The notes under the pieces are model-generated. The model saw nothing but the letters and a program-made list of their open reading frames with translations, did no database searches and was not told the origin of the DNA. This document shows, in pieces, positions 25,518 to 37,503 of a stretch of 42,303 bases of DNA (positions within the stretch are counted from its first letter, which is position 1; each line of letters begins with the position of its first letter). The DNA is from Actinomycetes bacterium. GTDB lineage: Bacteria; Actinomycetota; UBA4738; HRBIN12. The stretch covers positions 1 to 42,303 of the forward strand of contig JANMPG010000232.1 of assembly GCA_031369745.1 (NCBI GenBank), read 5' to 3'. A program made the translations under genes and the position numbers.

Positions 25518-28046
25518 TCACGCAGGCGCAGCGCCGGACACCACGCGCGAGGTGCCCGCCGCTTCGTCCTTGTCGAGCACGATCAGGTCCTCTAGGAGTT
25601 CGTGCATCTGCGCAACGTGCGACACGAGGATCACCAGTCGCTCGCCGTCGCCGCGGACCAGATGTTCGATCCCGCGCATCGCCCGTTCGATGTGCTCGGG
25701 GTCCAGGCTGCCGAACCCCTCGTCCAGGAAGAAGGAGTCGAGGCGGCCCCCGCCGCGCGTCACCATATCGGCCAACGCGAGCGCCAGCGCGAGCGATGCG
25801 AGGAACGTCTCTCCTCCCGACAGCGAGTCCGGGTCCCGAAGGGCGCCACCGGCGTTGACGTCGGCGATCCGGAAGGAGTCGTCCTCGCTGAACCGGTAGT
25901 CGCCGTCGGTGAGCTCCTCGAAGTGGATGCTTGCGAGTTCCGCCAGCGCCGCACGCTCCTCCGCCAGCAGCCACGCGAGGAACCGCGAGGGCTGTAGATC
26001 GTCGCGGAGACGGCGCGCGATCGCGTGCCGCTCCCGGGAGGCGTTCGCCCGATCGTCCAAGTCGGTGCCCGCCTCGACGGTCGCGCTGAGGATCGCGACA
26101 CGCTCGTGTGCCTGTGCGGCATGTACCTGTGCCTCGGTGGAGGCGGCGGCAACGTCTGCGTCCGCAGGCAGCCCGATCGACGCAAGCAGGTCGGCGCGAC
26201 GCGCCCCGGCGGCGGCGACCGCCTCGGCGACCTCTGTTCGTATGCGCTTCGCCTCGACCGTGCGATCGTCGATCAGTCGCGTCACCCGCCGGTAAGCATC
26301 GCGGATGCCCTTCGGCGACTCGTCGGTGTCCTCGACAGGGTGCTCCTCGAGCGCGCCCCACGATCCGGCCAGTTGCTCGCGGATGCGCGCGAGGGCGTTG
26401 GCCGTCGCGGTTGCTCGTTGACGGATCGTGTCGAGGGCGTCGCGTGCGGTCCGGGCGTCGTCGGCCGCGGCGCGAGCTGCGGTCTCGGCACGCTCGTGCT
26501 CACGTTGGCGTTCGTCGAGCAACGCGTTGGGGTCGCCCTCGCCGAGACGCTCCACGAGCGAGTTCTGTGTTGCAGCCAGGGATGCTTCGGCATCGCGCAT
26601 GACCGCGGCGGCGTCCGCCGCTTCGGCCGCGGCCCGATCCCGGTCGGTGAGAGCCGCGGCCGCGCCGGCGGCGGTGCGAGCCGCGGCTGCGGCGGCCCCA
26701 TCGCGGCTCTTCATCGCTTGCGCATACTGCGTATGGGCGCTGGCTCGAGCTCGCTCTGCCTGCCGGATGCCCGCGCTCTCTGATCTCTTCGGCCGGGTGG
26801 CAACGATCTGGGCACATACGGGGCAGGGGTCTCCCGGAACGAGGCTGCCTCGAAGCTCGGACGCCATCTCGTGGTGGCGCGCTAGGTGCAGGGCCTCGTC
26901 CGCGGCCGATAGCGCGTCGGTCGCAGCGGCCAACGTCGTCTCGGCTGCGGCGAGCTCGGTGGACGCCGCAACGTCCTTTGCTTGCGCGGCCGGGAGCTCG
27001 CCGTCCGCGGCGCTTGCGGCGCCAGCGGCCTCCTCACTTGCTGCGGTGGCCGCTTGCACCGCCGCCGCCTGCGCGTGCAGCTGGGCGACGAGTTCGGCGA
27101 ACACGCGCAGGTCGCCCATGCGTTCAGCAAGCGCGTCGCGAGCGGCCTCAGCTTCCCGTCGGATCGCCTCGGCCGCCTCGGCAGCCGAAGAGGCGTCCAC
27201 AACCGCGCCTGCGGCATGAACCGCGGTGTCGACCGCATCATCGAGTGTCTGCGCGTCGGGTAGGTTCGCAGCCGCACGTGTGAGTCGCTCGACCTGTTGG
27301 GTCGCCGCAACGCCGCGATCCGCCGCTGCGAGAGCCTCGCGGTCGAGATCCTCCACGGCAGGCCGAACACCTTCGATGTGATCGCGCCGCGTCCCAGCGA
27401 CCTCGTGCTCGGCGCGCGCATCGTCGAGAGCCGCTCGCGCCTCGCTGAGGCGCGCTCCCTCTTGATCGAGTGCGGCGAGGGTGGCTTCCTCACGGGCGAC
27501 CCGTTCCTTGGAGGCCACCAGCGCTGCGTCGAAGCGCTCGTAGCCGAACACACCCTTCAACACCGCGTTTCGCGGGGCGTCGGTGGCCAGCAGGAACTCC
27601 GCGAAGCGGTTCTGCGCGAGCAGGACGGATCGGCCGAACGTGTCGAAGTCCATGCCGAGCAACGACTCGATGCGTTCGCGCACCGGCTTGTCCATCACGA
27701 CGGTCTCGTCCACGGCAGCACCCGGCGCGTCGCCGGCGAGGCGCTCCAGCTTGGCTTGGCCCGCACCCTTGCGCTTCAGCGCCCTCGTGACACGCCACGT
27801 GTGCCCGTCCACCTCGAACACCAACTGGACGTGCGCGGTATCGGATAGCTGATTGATCAGACTCTTGGTGTCGCGCTGCACCCGCGGGGTCTTGCCGAAC
27901 AGCGCGAAGGCGACGCCGTCCAGGATCGAGGACTTGCCGGCGCCGATCGGACCGACGATGCCGATCAGGCGGCGTCCGCGAAGATCGAACGTCACCTCCT
28001 CCCGCCAGGAGCGGAAGCCGCGCAGGGTGAGCTCACGCGGGCGCAT
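25518..28046 (-). CDS. sbcC: SbcC/Rad50-like SMC ATPase
   Basis: LRGFRSW, Walker A GPIGAGKSS, Q-loop LAQNRF, central CPVC zinc hook within coiled coils, LSGGE signature, FFLDEGFG and VSH. Confidence 0.95.
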   Translation of the reverse strand: MRPRELTLRGFRSWREEVTFDLRGRRLIGIVGPIGAGKSSILDGVAFALFGKTPRVQRDTKSLINQLSDTAHVQLVFEVDGHTWRVTRALKRKGAGQAKLERLAGDAPGAAVDETVVMDKPVRERIESLLGMDFDTFGRSVLLAQNRFAEFLLATDAPRNAVLKGVFGYERFDAALVASKERVAREEATLAALDQEGARLSEARAALDDARAEHEVAGTRRDHIEGVRPAVEDLDREALAAADRGVAATQQVERLTRAAANLPDAQTLDDAVDTAVHAAGAVVDASSAAEAAEAIRREAEAARDALAERMGDLRVFAELVAQLHAQAAAVQAATAASEEAAGAASAADGELPAAQAKDVAASTELAAAETTLAAATDALSAADEALHLARHHEMASELRGSLVPGDPCPVCAQIVATRPKRSESAGIRQAERARASAHTQYAQAMKSRDGAAAAAARTAAGAAAALTDRDRAAAEAADAAAVMRDAEASLAATQNSLVERLGEGDPNALLDERQREHERAETAARAAADDARTARDALDTIRQRATATANALARIREQLAGSWGALEEHPVEDTDESPKGIRDAYRRVTRLIDDRTVEAKRIRTEVAEAVAAAGARRADLLASIGLPADADVAAASTEAQVHAAQAHERVAILSATVEAGTDLDDRANASRERHAIARRLRDDLQPSRFLAWLLAEERAALAELASIHFEELTDGDYRFSEDDSFRIADVNAGGALRDPDSLSGGETFLASLALALALADMVTRGGGRLDSFFLDEGFGSLDPEHIERAMRGIEHLVRGDGERLVILVSHVAQMHELLEDLIVLDKDEAAGTSRVVSGAAPA

Positions 28047-29193
28047 CGGCGGCCTCCTCGAGGATCTCGCGAAGCGCGGTGAGCAAGGCTTCCGGGGGCT
28101 CTTGCCCGCCGGAGGTCGCCCGGTAGAACTCCGAATACAGTTCGTCGTCGCCGGGGCGATCGGTGAGCTCGCGGCGGGTCCTTCGTTCGGTGGGCGGGCG
28201 CTCAGCCCGCACGCGAACGAGGAAGGGGAAGGTCTCGGCCGCGCGCCGACCGAGATCGGGATCCGATCCGCCGACCTCCACGGTCACGTCGACGTAGCTC
28301 TCGGCGAGCTCGGCCGCACGCGCGGCGAGCGCGTCCCACGTGCCGTGTGCGCGCACGAGCGGGCGGCCCGCGGTGATCGGCACCGACGTGATCGTGGCGA
28401 GCCGACCCGGCTCGACGTCGATGAGCACCACGCGCTTACGCTCGCCCGCCTCGCCGAAATCCAACGGCAGCAGCGACCCCGCGTACTCCGCGGGTACGGC
28501 GGCGCCCGGCACCGGCTGCGGCGCGTGGATGTGCCCGAGCGCCACGTACTGGGGTCCCGCAGGGATCGCGTGTGCGGTCGCGCTGTACGCCTCACCGATG
28601 TGCAGCTCGCGTTCGCTGTGCGAGACGCGCACCCCGGTGACCATGAAGTGCGCGACCAACAGCGGCACCAGGTCGGCGCCGGCGCGCTCGATCAGCGCGG
28701 TGTTGTAGGCCGCAGTGATCTGGGCGACCCGCTCCGCGTATTGCCCGTACCACTTCCCAGCGTCGCGCATGAAGTCCACGACGCGGCCTTCGCGCAGGAA
28801 CGGGAACCCCGCGACCACGGCCGCGACCCCGAGCTCGTCGGGGCCGAGGATCGCGCCGGCGTCGGGCGCGCGGATCGCCCCGATCGCGTGCACGCCTCGC
28901 TGCCGCAACAGCGGCGCCAGCGCGTCGAAGAGCTCGGGAGAGTCGTGGTTGCCGGCCACGACGACGACCGGTCTTCCTTCCGCCAGTCGAAGCAGCGCGC
29001 CGAGCCCGATCGACAACGCCTCGACCGGTGGCGACGCGCGGTCGAAGACGTCGCCGGACACCAACACGAGATCGACGGACCGAGCATCGGCTATCGCAAC
29101 GACTTCATCGAGCGCTTGACGGGTTTCCTCGGTGCGATCGTGACGGCCGAGACGCCGGCCGACATGCCAGTCGGATGTGTGGAGGATGCGCAT
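28033..29193 (-). CDS. sbcD: SbcD/Mre11-like metallophosphoesterase nuclease
   Basis: MRILHTSDWHVG, SGDVFD, AGNHDS, YVALGHIH and YAGSLLPLDFGE; start at ATG 29193. Confidence 0.95.
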   Translation of the reverse strand: MRILHTSDWHVGRRLGRHDRTEETRQALDEVVAIADARSVDLVLVSGDVFDRASPPVEALSIGLGALLRLAEGRPVVVVAGNHDSPELFDALAPLLRQRGVHAIGAIRAPDAGAILGPDELGVAAVVAGFPFLREGRVVDFMRDAGKWYGQYAERVAQITAAYNTALIERAGADLVPLLVAHFMVTGVRVSHSERELHIGEAYSATAHAIPAGPQYVALGHIHAPQPVPGAAVPAEYAGSLLPLDFGEAGERKRVVLIDVEPGRLATITSVPITAGRPLVRAHGTWDALAARAAELAESYVDVTVEVGGSDPDLGRRAAETFPFLVRVRAERPPTERRTRRELTDRPGDDELYSEFYRATSGGQEPPEALLTALREILEEAADAPA

Positions 29194-29204
29194 GGGCGGC
29201 GGCG

Positions 29205-30938
29205 CTACAGCCCGGCGAACGGATCGCCGTCGGCGCCGTCGGCCACCTCCTCTTTGCGGGTCGCCCACGGCGGGAAGGGGAACGTGACGACGAGTGGGAC
29301 GGGCACGGCCGGCTGGCTCACCACCATGGTGCCGGGCTTCAGCAGTCGCGCTCGGGCGCGCGTCGAGGGGAGCATCCAGCCATACTCGGCGCGTTCGGCC
29401 TCGGCGGCGTCCAGACGCCCGCTGACGCGGATCGACGCGTTCTCCAAGACCTCCGATGCCACGCGGCTGGCCGTTTGCTGGGCGCCGACCAGCAGCACCC
29501 CCAGCGAGCGTCCGCGCTGTGCGATGTCGATCAGCATGTCCTTGAGGGGGCTGGTGCCCTCGCGCGGCGCGTACTTGTTCATCTCGTCCAGCACGATGAC
29601 CGACAGCGGCAGGCGCTGCCCCGTCGCCTCCTTGTGCTGGAACGTCTCCTTCAGCAGCGCGCCGACGACGAAGCGCTGCGCCTGCTCGTGCAGCGACTGG
29701 ATCGCCACCACCGTCACGTTGGCCGCGCCACGGTCGATGCGCCGGCTCTCCCCGGCGCGGATCAGGTGCCCCAGACGTCCCGAAGCCGCGTGCATCCTGC
29801 GCAGGAACGCAGACACCGTGCTGAGCTGAACGCGCCCGGTCCAGGCCTGGTCGGGTTCGCCGTCATCCGGATCCAAGACCTCTTCGAGCGCGTCGACCAG
29901 CGTGGCCAGATCGGTGATGATGCGACCCGCCTGCCCGGCCGGGATCGGCGCGGTCCAGCGCCCGTTCGGCTGATCGCGGGGATCGCGCAACGCAACGGCG
30001 CCGGGCATGCCCTCGACGTCGGCGGCGAAGCGTTGCAGCTGTTGCTGCACCCGCTCGCGGATGAACGGCAGTTGGTTCTTCGCGTCGCTCGCATCGGTGA
30101 AACAGAACTCCAGCAGACCCAGATCGATGAATTCTCGCGGTGTCCAGGCGAACACGTCGATCCCCTCCAAGCGTCCGCCGGTGTCGGGGATCCAATCGCC
30201 AACACCGCGGCGTGGCGGCGCCCAGAAGCGCACACTCGGAAACGGCGTCGGATCGACACCGATCGTGGCCCACCCCTGGGCCGCTCCCTCCGTCTGGTCG
30301 AACAGGCGATTGGGCTTGTCGAGCCACAGCAGGTCTTCGCCTTTCACGTTGAAGACCAGCACCCGAAGGTTCGCCGCGCCTTCGCCCACGATCTGCGGCG
30401 AAGCGGTCAGCACCCGCAGGAAGAACAGCGCGAACGACGTCTTGGTGGCGACGCCGGAGATGCCGGCGATCGACATGTGCCCGCCCTTGCGTCCGTCGAA
30501 GAAGTCCAGATCGACGTGCACGGGCAGGCCGTCGCGCCCCAGCCCGATCGGCAGCGGCCGTTGCATCTGGTCGGCGTACAGGGCGCGCCGTCGCTCCTCG
30601 CCGGTCGCCCGGTCGACCGTCTCGCCGGGGTCGGCGGACACCCACACCTCCGGATCGACGCGCGTCACCGCGACCCGGGCGGTGCGCACCTTCTGTGCGG
30701 GCATGATGCCGAGTTCGGCGATGCGGTGGGTATCGGACTCGTACTGCGCCCCCTCGTAGATCGCTTCGGCTTCCGTGACGACGCCATAGGTTCGGACCTC
30801 ACCGGCGGTGGGGACCTGGGTGCGCACGACCACGAGGTCGTCCAGCTGCAGGAACTGCTCGTCATCGACGACCACGCGGAATTCCGCCGTCTTCGTGTGC
30901 TCGGACCCCAGCACACGCCCGACCCGGCTGTGACTCAC
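29205..30938 (-). CDS. herA: HerA helicase/translocase ATPase
   Basis: N-terminal HAS-barrel-like region (VGRVLG...LQLDDLVVV), H-x-x-I-x-GISGVATKT Walker A, FNVKGEDL, IVLDEMNKYAP Walker B, RGRSLGVLLVGAQQ. Confidence 0.92.
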   Translation of the reverse strand: MSHSRVGRVLGSEHTKTAEFRVVVDDEQFLQLDDLVVVRTQVPTAGEVRTYGVVTEAEAIYEGAQYESDTHRIAELGIMPAQKVRTARVAVTRVDPEVWVSADPGETVDRATGEERRRALYADQMQRPLPIGLGRDGLPVHVDLDFFDGRKGGHMSIAGISGVATKTSFALFFLRVLTASPQIVGEGAANLRVLVFNVKGEDLLWLDKPNRLFDQTEGAAQGWATIGVDPTPFPSVRFWAPPRRGVGDWIPDTGGRLEGIDVFAWTPREFIDLGLLEFCFTDASDAKNQLPFIRERVQQQLQRFAADVEGMPGAVALRDPRDQPNGRWTAPIPAGQAGRIITDLATLVDALEEVLDPDDGEPDQAWTGRVQLSTVSAFLRRMHAASGRLGHLIRAGESRRIDRGAANVTVVAIQSLHEQAQRFVVGALLKETFQHKEATGQRLPLSVIVLDEMNKYAPREGTSPLKDMLIDIAQRGRSLGVLLVGAQQTASRVASEVLENASIRVSGRLDAAEAERAEYGWMLPSTRARARLLKPGTMVVSQPAVPVPLVVTFPFPPWATRKEEVADGADGDPFAGL

Positions 30939-31870
30939 GACGCGACCCGCTCGCTGACGGCGGCGCGCAGCGCTCGATACACGAGACCGGGCTCGCCCAT
31001 GCGATGACGCAGCTGTCGCTCCAGGGCGCCGATCGGCACGAGGTTCTGCGGCGCGCGCGGATCGATATGCGGCTGCGAGCCGAGCAGGGGCAGCAGCGCC
31101 GCCGTGCGGTCGGCGATCGTCACGACTTCGGCGATGGGCAGGTGCCCGGAGGTTTCACACCGCACGATGCCGGTCCACGAGTGCCCACCCGCAAGCACCG
31201 CGAGACGCACGTACCAGGAGTATCGACGGTAGTCGGCGATCGTGAACAGCGGTGTGCGCTGTCCGGGACCCAGCGAGCCGACGATCGCGCTGCGTTGCGG
31301 CGTGAGGTAGGTCACTCGGTGACTCTTGATCGTCCCCACGACCTGCTGTGGCGCGAGTTCGTTCAGCGGTCCGTCGGCGAACACGAAGGCGTCAGTGGCG
31401 ACGACGGCCGCGAGCCGGCCCTCGGCCGCTCGCATCCGCGATTGCAGGGCATGCACCAACGCGTCGCCGTCGCGGTCGGGGATCGTGATCGTTTCGTACG
31501 GCGGCACCAGGTCGACCCGCGGGAAGATCTCGGCACGACCGCCGGCAAGCACGGCCCACCGCTCGATGTGCTCGTCGGCAACGACCGATCGCGCGGTGGC
31601 GCGGTCCCAGCGAACCGAACCCACCGCGAACGTGCCGCACAATCCCGGCACCGGCCCTTCGACCGGGTCATCGATCGTCAGGCGCGCGTCGACGCGGCGA
31701 ACGCCGTCGATGAACGCGATGTGCCGCACGCCGTCGTCGATCCCGTCACGAGCCACCCAGGGGATCTCCTCGACGGTGTCGTCGACCGATCCTTGCGCCG
31801 GCGCGAGCGCATCGGCGTCGAGCGGGACGCCGTATTCCGGCGACCAGCCCTCGACGAAGATGCGCGCCAT
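30935..31870 (-). CDS. nurA: NurA-family nuclease
   Basis: AFIDGVRR, FADGPL, GTIKSH, SWYVRL and DPRAPQNLVPIGALERQLRHRMG; overlaps the herA start. Leaderless TAGTAT 7 nt upstream of ATG 31870. Confidence 0.85.
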   Translation of the reverse strand: MARIFVEGWSPEYGVPLDADALAPAQGSVDDTVEEIPWVARDGIDDGVRHIAFIDGVRRVDARLTIDDPVEGPVPGLCGTFAVGSVRWDRATARSVVADEHIERWAVLAGGRAEIFPRVDLVPPYETITIPDRDGDALVHALQSRMRAAEGRLAAVVATDAFVFADGPLNELAPQQVVGTIKSHRVTYLTPQRSAIVGSLGPGQRTPLFTIADYRRYSWYVRLAVLAGGHSWTGIVRCETSGHLPIAEVVTIADRTAALLPLLGSQPHIDPRAPQNLVPIGALERQLRHRMGEPGLVYRALRAAVSERVAS

Positions 31871-31910
31871 GCGCCGGATACTAGCTGCGCCTGCCGACGC
31901 TTCGGTGTGG

Positions 31911-32612
31911 TCAGGTCGGCGTGGTCTGCGTGCTGGCGGTCCGCCACGAGCCGTCGACATAGGCGAGGAACGTCGTTCGAAGGCTGCTCGGACAGCAGTG
32001 CGGGTCACCGGGGGCGAAGACGGCTTCGGTCAGGACCAGGCCCGCGGGATCGGTCGCGGGCTCGATCCGCCGGTCGCAGCCTCGGGAGCGGTACACCTGC
32101 CCCCCGGCCGACAGGTCGACCACGGCGACGATGCCGCAGCCTCCGGAGCCGCCCATCTCGGCGAGCACGAGCGCGTCGGGCGAACCGTCGCCCGTGACAT
32201 CGGCCAGCGTCGTGGAGATACCGAGTACCGGGTCGCGAGCGCCGGGGAACGCCGCGCCCCAGACGGGACGCCACGGTGCTCCACCGTCGTCGAAGCGTCG
32301 CCACGCGGCGATGCCTCGGTCCTGACGGAAGGGATCGTCCCCGGGGACCTCCCAGGACACGACGATCGCCTCGCCGACCGCGGTCTGCGTGATCCACGAA
32401 TCCGAGACCGTGGCCCCGATCGGGATCAGTGCCGCCGCGGGCACCCCGCCGGAACCCACGTCATCGTCGAACCAAGGCGGCAGGTCGGCCGGCAGGGGAG
32501 GCGCAGGGGAAACAGCGACGCTCGCCGTCGGCGAGGATATGTTGGAGTTGTCGCGAGACAGGCATCCTGATGTCGCGAGGATCAACACCATCGCCGCGGC
32601 TCGTGTGCGCAC
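31911..32612 (-). CDS. Putative lipoprotein (LppP/LprE-like GDPxCCPS motif)
   Basis: GTG 32612 follows TAGCAT by 7 nt; lipobox-like ATSGC, Pro/Ser linker, DVTGDG motif, C-terminal PGDPHCCPS. Confidence 0.6.
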   Translation of the reverse strand: MRTRAAAMVLILATSGCLSRDNSNISSPTASVAVSPAPPLPADLPPWFDDDVGSGGVPAAALIPIGATVSDSWITQTAVGEAIVVSWEVPGDDPFRQDRGIAAWRRFDDGGAPWRPVWGAAFPGARDPVLGISTTLADVTGDGSPDALVLAEMGGSGGCGIVAVVDLSAGGQVYRSRGCDRRIEPATDPAGLVLTEAVFAPGDPHCCPSSLRTTFLAYVDGSWRTASTQTTPT

Positions 32613-32713
32613 GGCTCGGATGCTACCGGCGGACCCAGCGCTACCAGGGACGTGGTCGCGAAGGGAAACCAGGTTGCATCCGTGCCCGGACGTCCGCACC
32701 GTAGGATGCGCCC

Positions 32714-33235
32714 GTGAGCCTGATCGAAAAGCCAAAGCCGGCAGGGGCTTCCCACGTCACCCTGACGCAGATGATGGAGGTCACCGACGCGAACGTCGCC
32801 GGCAACGTGCACGGCGGGGTGATCATGCGTCTGGCCGACACGGCCGCCGCCCTCGCGGCGATCCGGCACGCCGAGGGACTGTGTGTGACGGTGAACGTCG
32901 ACGAGGTCTCGTTCCTGGAGCCGGTGCATGTCGGCGACGTGGTGACGCTACGCGCCTCGGTCAACGACGTCGGCACGACCTCGCTGGAATGCGGTGTGCG
33001 CGTCGAGGCGGAAAACCCGATCACGGGTCGTTCGGTCCACGCTGCCACCGCCTACTTCGTGTTCGTGGCGCTGAACCCCGACGGCCACCCGCGCCCCGTG
33101 GCTCCGATCACCGCCGAGACCGACACCGAGCGCCGGCGCCAGCGAGCCGCCAAGCTTCGCCGCGAGAGCAGGCTCGCGCACAAAGAGGCGATCCGCGCCG
33201 AGCGCGACGCAGAGCACCCCCCGCCACCGTCCTGA
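32714..33235 (+). CDS. Acyl-CoA thioesterase (hotdog fold, YciA-like)
   Basis: DANVAGNVHGGVIMRLAD, FLEPVHVGD, GTTSLE and FVFVAL motifs. Confidence 0.92.
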   Translation: MSLIEKPKPAGASHVTLTQMMEVTDANVAGNVHGGVIMRLADTAAALAAIRHAEGLCVTVNVDEVSFLEPVHVGDVVTLRASVNDVGTTSLECGVRVEAENPITGRSVHAATAYFVFVALNPDGHPRPVAPITAETDTERRRQRAAKLRRESRLAHKEAIRAERDAEHPPPPS

Positions 33236-33293
33236 CGGCCCACGGACCCTGCGTGGGAGGATGGAAGGGACGCTCAGCGAGAAGAGGACCCCG

Positions 33294-36008
<2,715 letters not shown>

Positions 36009-36077
36009 GCATGAACGCGAACGGCGGGCCCGGTGATCTCCGGGCCCGCCGTCGGACCGCTCGTTGGCGGCGTGTCG

Positions 36078-36704
36078 TCAGTACAGGTAACGCCGATCCT
36101 TGACGAAGTCGAGTCGCTGCCAGGTCTTGCCCAGACCCCAGTAGCGCCCCGCGTTCGCGAGGACCAATCCGACCAGTACCACCGAGTAGACGACGTGCTC
36201 GTCGACGAACGGGTTGTGCTCCGGCCAGATCGCGGTCGCCGCGTAGAAGATCGCCAACCAGGCGATCCCGCCGAAGGCCGCGAGTCGGGTCATGATGCCG
36301 GTCATCAAGCCGAGACCGATGAGCAGCATGGAGGCCATGAAGACCCAGTCGATCCACGGATCGACCGTCGGGCCTGCCTGCGTCATCTGGAACCCGGTGA
36401 CCGACTGCACGGTGTCCGCGAACGGACCCTTCAGTGCGAAGCCGATCGCCCCGACCGTGGGGGATGCCCCATGGATCCACGCCGCGTCACCGAAGTAGTC
36501 GATCCTCACGGTGTTGCCGGCGTCGTCCAAGATCCGCCCCGTGCTGAAGCCCAGCGCGAATGCCTTGTCCGCGAACGCCCATAGGAACGTGAATCCCAGC
36601 AGTAGGCGCAACGCGCCGATGACCCGCTGCAGTCCCGCCATGTGTACCGGCTCGAGACGTTCCAGGGGCGGCATCTGTGTTGCGGTTACGGTGGTGGTGT
36701 CCAT
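36078..36704 (-). CDS. DoxX family membrane protein (quinone-interacting, TQO DoxD-like)
   Basis: LRLLLGFTFLWAFADK...G, LIGLGLMTG, HNPFVDEH and GRYWGLG; strong AGAGGAGG RBS. Confidence 0.85.
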   Translation of the reverse strand: MDTTTVTATQMPPLERLEPVHMAGLQRVIGALRLLLGFTFLWAFADKAFALGFSTGRILDDAGNTVRIDYFGDAAWIHGASPTVGAIGFALKGPFADTVQSVTGFQMTQAGPTVDPWIDWVFMASMLLIGLGLMTGIMTRLAAFGGIAWLAIFYAATAIWPEHNPFVDEHVVYSVVLVGLVLANAGRYWGLGKTWQRLDFVKDRRYLY

Positions 36705-36761
36705 CTACTCCACCTCCTCTTTCCTTGGTTCCACCTTGCGTTACGGCCGGGGGGTTCCACA

Positions 36762-36798
36762 GCGTCGAAGGGCCCGGTACCAGCAGGACGTTCGGTTC
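36762..36798. promoter_or_regulatory. Two tandem DosR/DevR-like boxes upstream of doxX
   Basis: Reverse complement of 36762-36775 (GGGCCCTTCGACGC) is 12/14 identical to 38047-38060; a second site AGGACGTTCGGTTC lies at 36785-36798. Confidence 0.45.
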
Positions 36799-36806
36799 GG
36801 CGAGCC

Positions 36807-37478
36807 TTAGCCCACGGAACCGGGAGTGGTGGTGTGGCGGGCCAGGTAGGCTGCGGCCTCGGCTCGCCGGGCCACCTCGAGCTTGGACAGGATGCTCGAG
36901 ACGTAGTTCTTGACGGTCTTTTCCGCCAGTCGAAGCTCGTCGCCGATCTGCCTGTTGGTCCAGCCCTCGGCGATCAGCTCCAATATGCGTTCTTCCTGCG
37001 GGGACAATCGGGCGAGCTTCTCGTCCTTCATCAGGTGCTTGCCCTTGCGGAGTCGATCGAGCACCGCGTTCGTGACGCTCGGGTCCAGCAGCGAATCGCC
37101 CGCCCCCACCGCCCGGATCGCGCGGAGCAGATCGCCGGACTTGACCTGCTTCAGCACGTAACCCGATGCGCCGGCCATGATCGAGGCGAACAGCGCCTCG
37201 TCGTCGGCGAACGACGTGAGCATCAGCACCTTCGTCTCGGCGCGGTTCGCGCGGATCTCGCGGGTGGCCTCGATCCCACTGCCATCCGATAGCCGAACGT
37301 CCATCACGATCACGTCGGGGCGAGTGCGCGCGGCCTCGTCGATCGCCTCGCGAACCGAGCCGGCCTCGGTGGTGACGATGATGTCGTCTTGGGCATCCAG
37401 CATCGCGCGGATGCCGTTGCGGACGATCTCGTGGTCATCGACGAGCATGACGCGCAGGGGTGGGGACTTGGGGCTCAC
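36807..37478 (-). CDS. NarL-family response regulator, DevR/DosR-like
   Basis: LVDDHEIVR, MDVRL, LTSF, GASGYVLK and LAEKTVKNYVSSILSKL (DevR-type recognition helix). Confidence 0.92.
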   Translation of the reverse strand: MSPKSPPLRVMLVDDHEIVRNGIRAMLDAQDDIIVTTEAGSVREAIDEAARTRPDVIVMDVRLSDGSGIEATREIRANRAETKVLMLTSFADDEALFASIMAGASGYVLKQVKSGDLLRAIRAVGAGDSLLDPSVTNAVLDRLRKGKHLMKDEKLARLSPQEERILELIAEGWTNRQIGDELRLAEKTVKNYVSSILSKLEVARRAEAAAYLARHTTTPGSVG

Positions 37479-37503
37479 GCCGGCATCCTAGTCATCTGCG
37501 GCG

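Noticed and set aside
29205-30938. HerA-based anti-phage system (Sir2-HerA, DUF4297-HerA)
   Set aside because: The partners are NurA and SbcCD rather than Sir2 or DUF4297, and there is no defence-island or mobile context.
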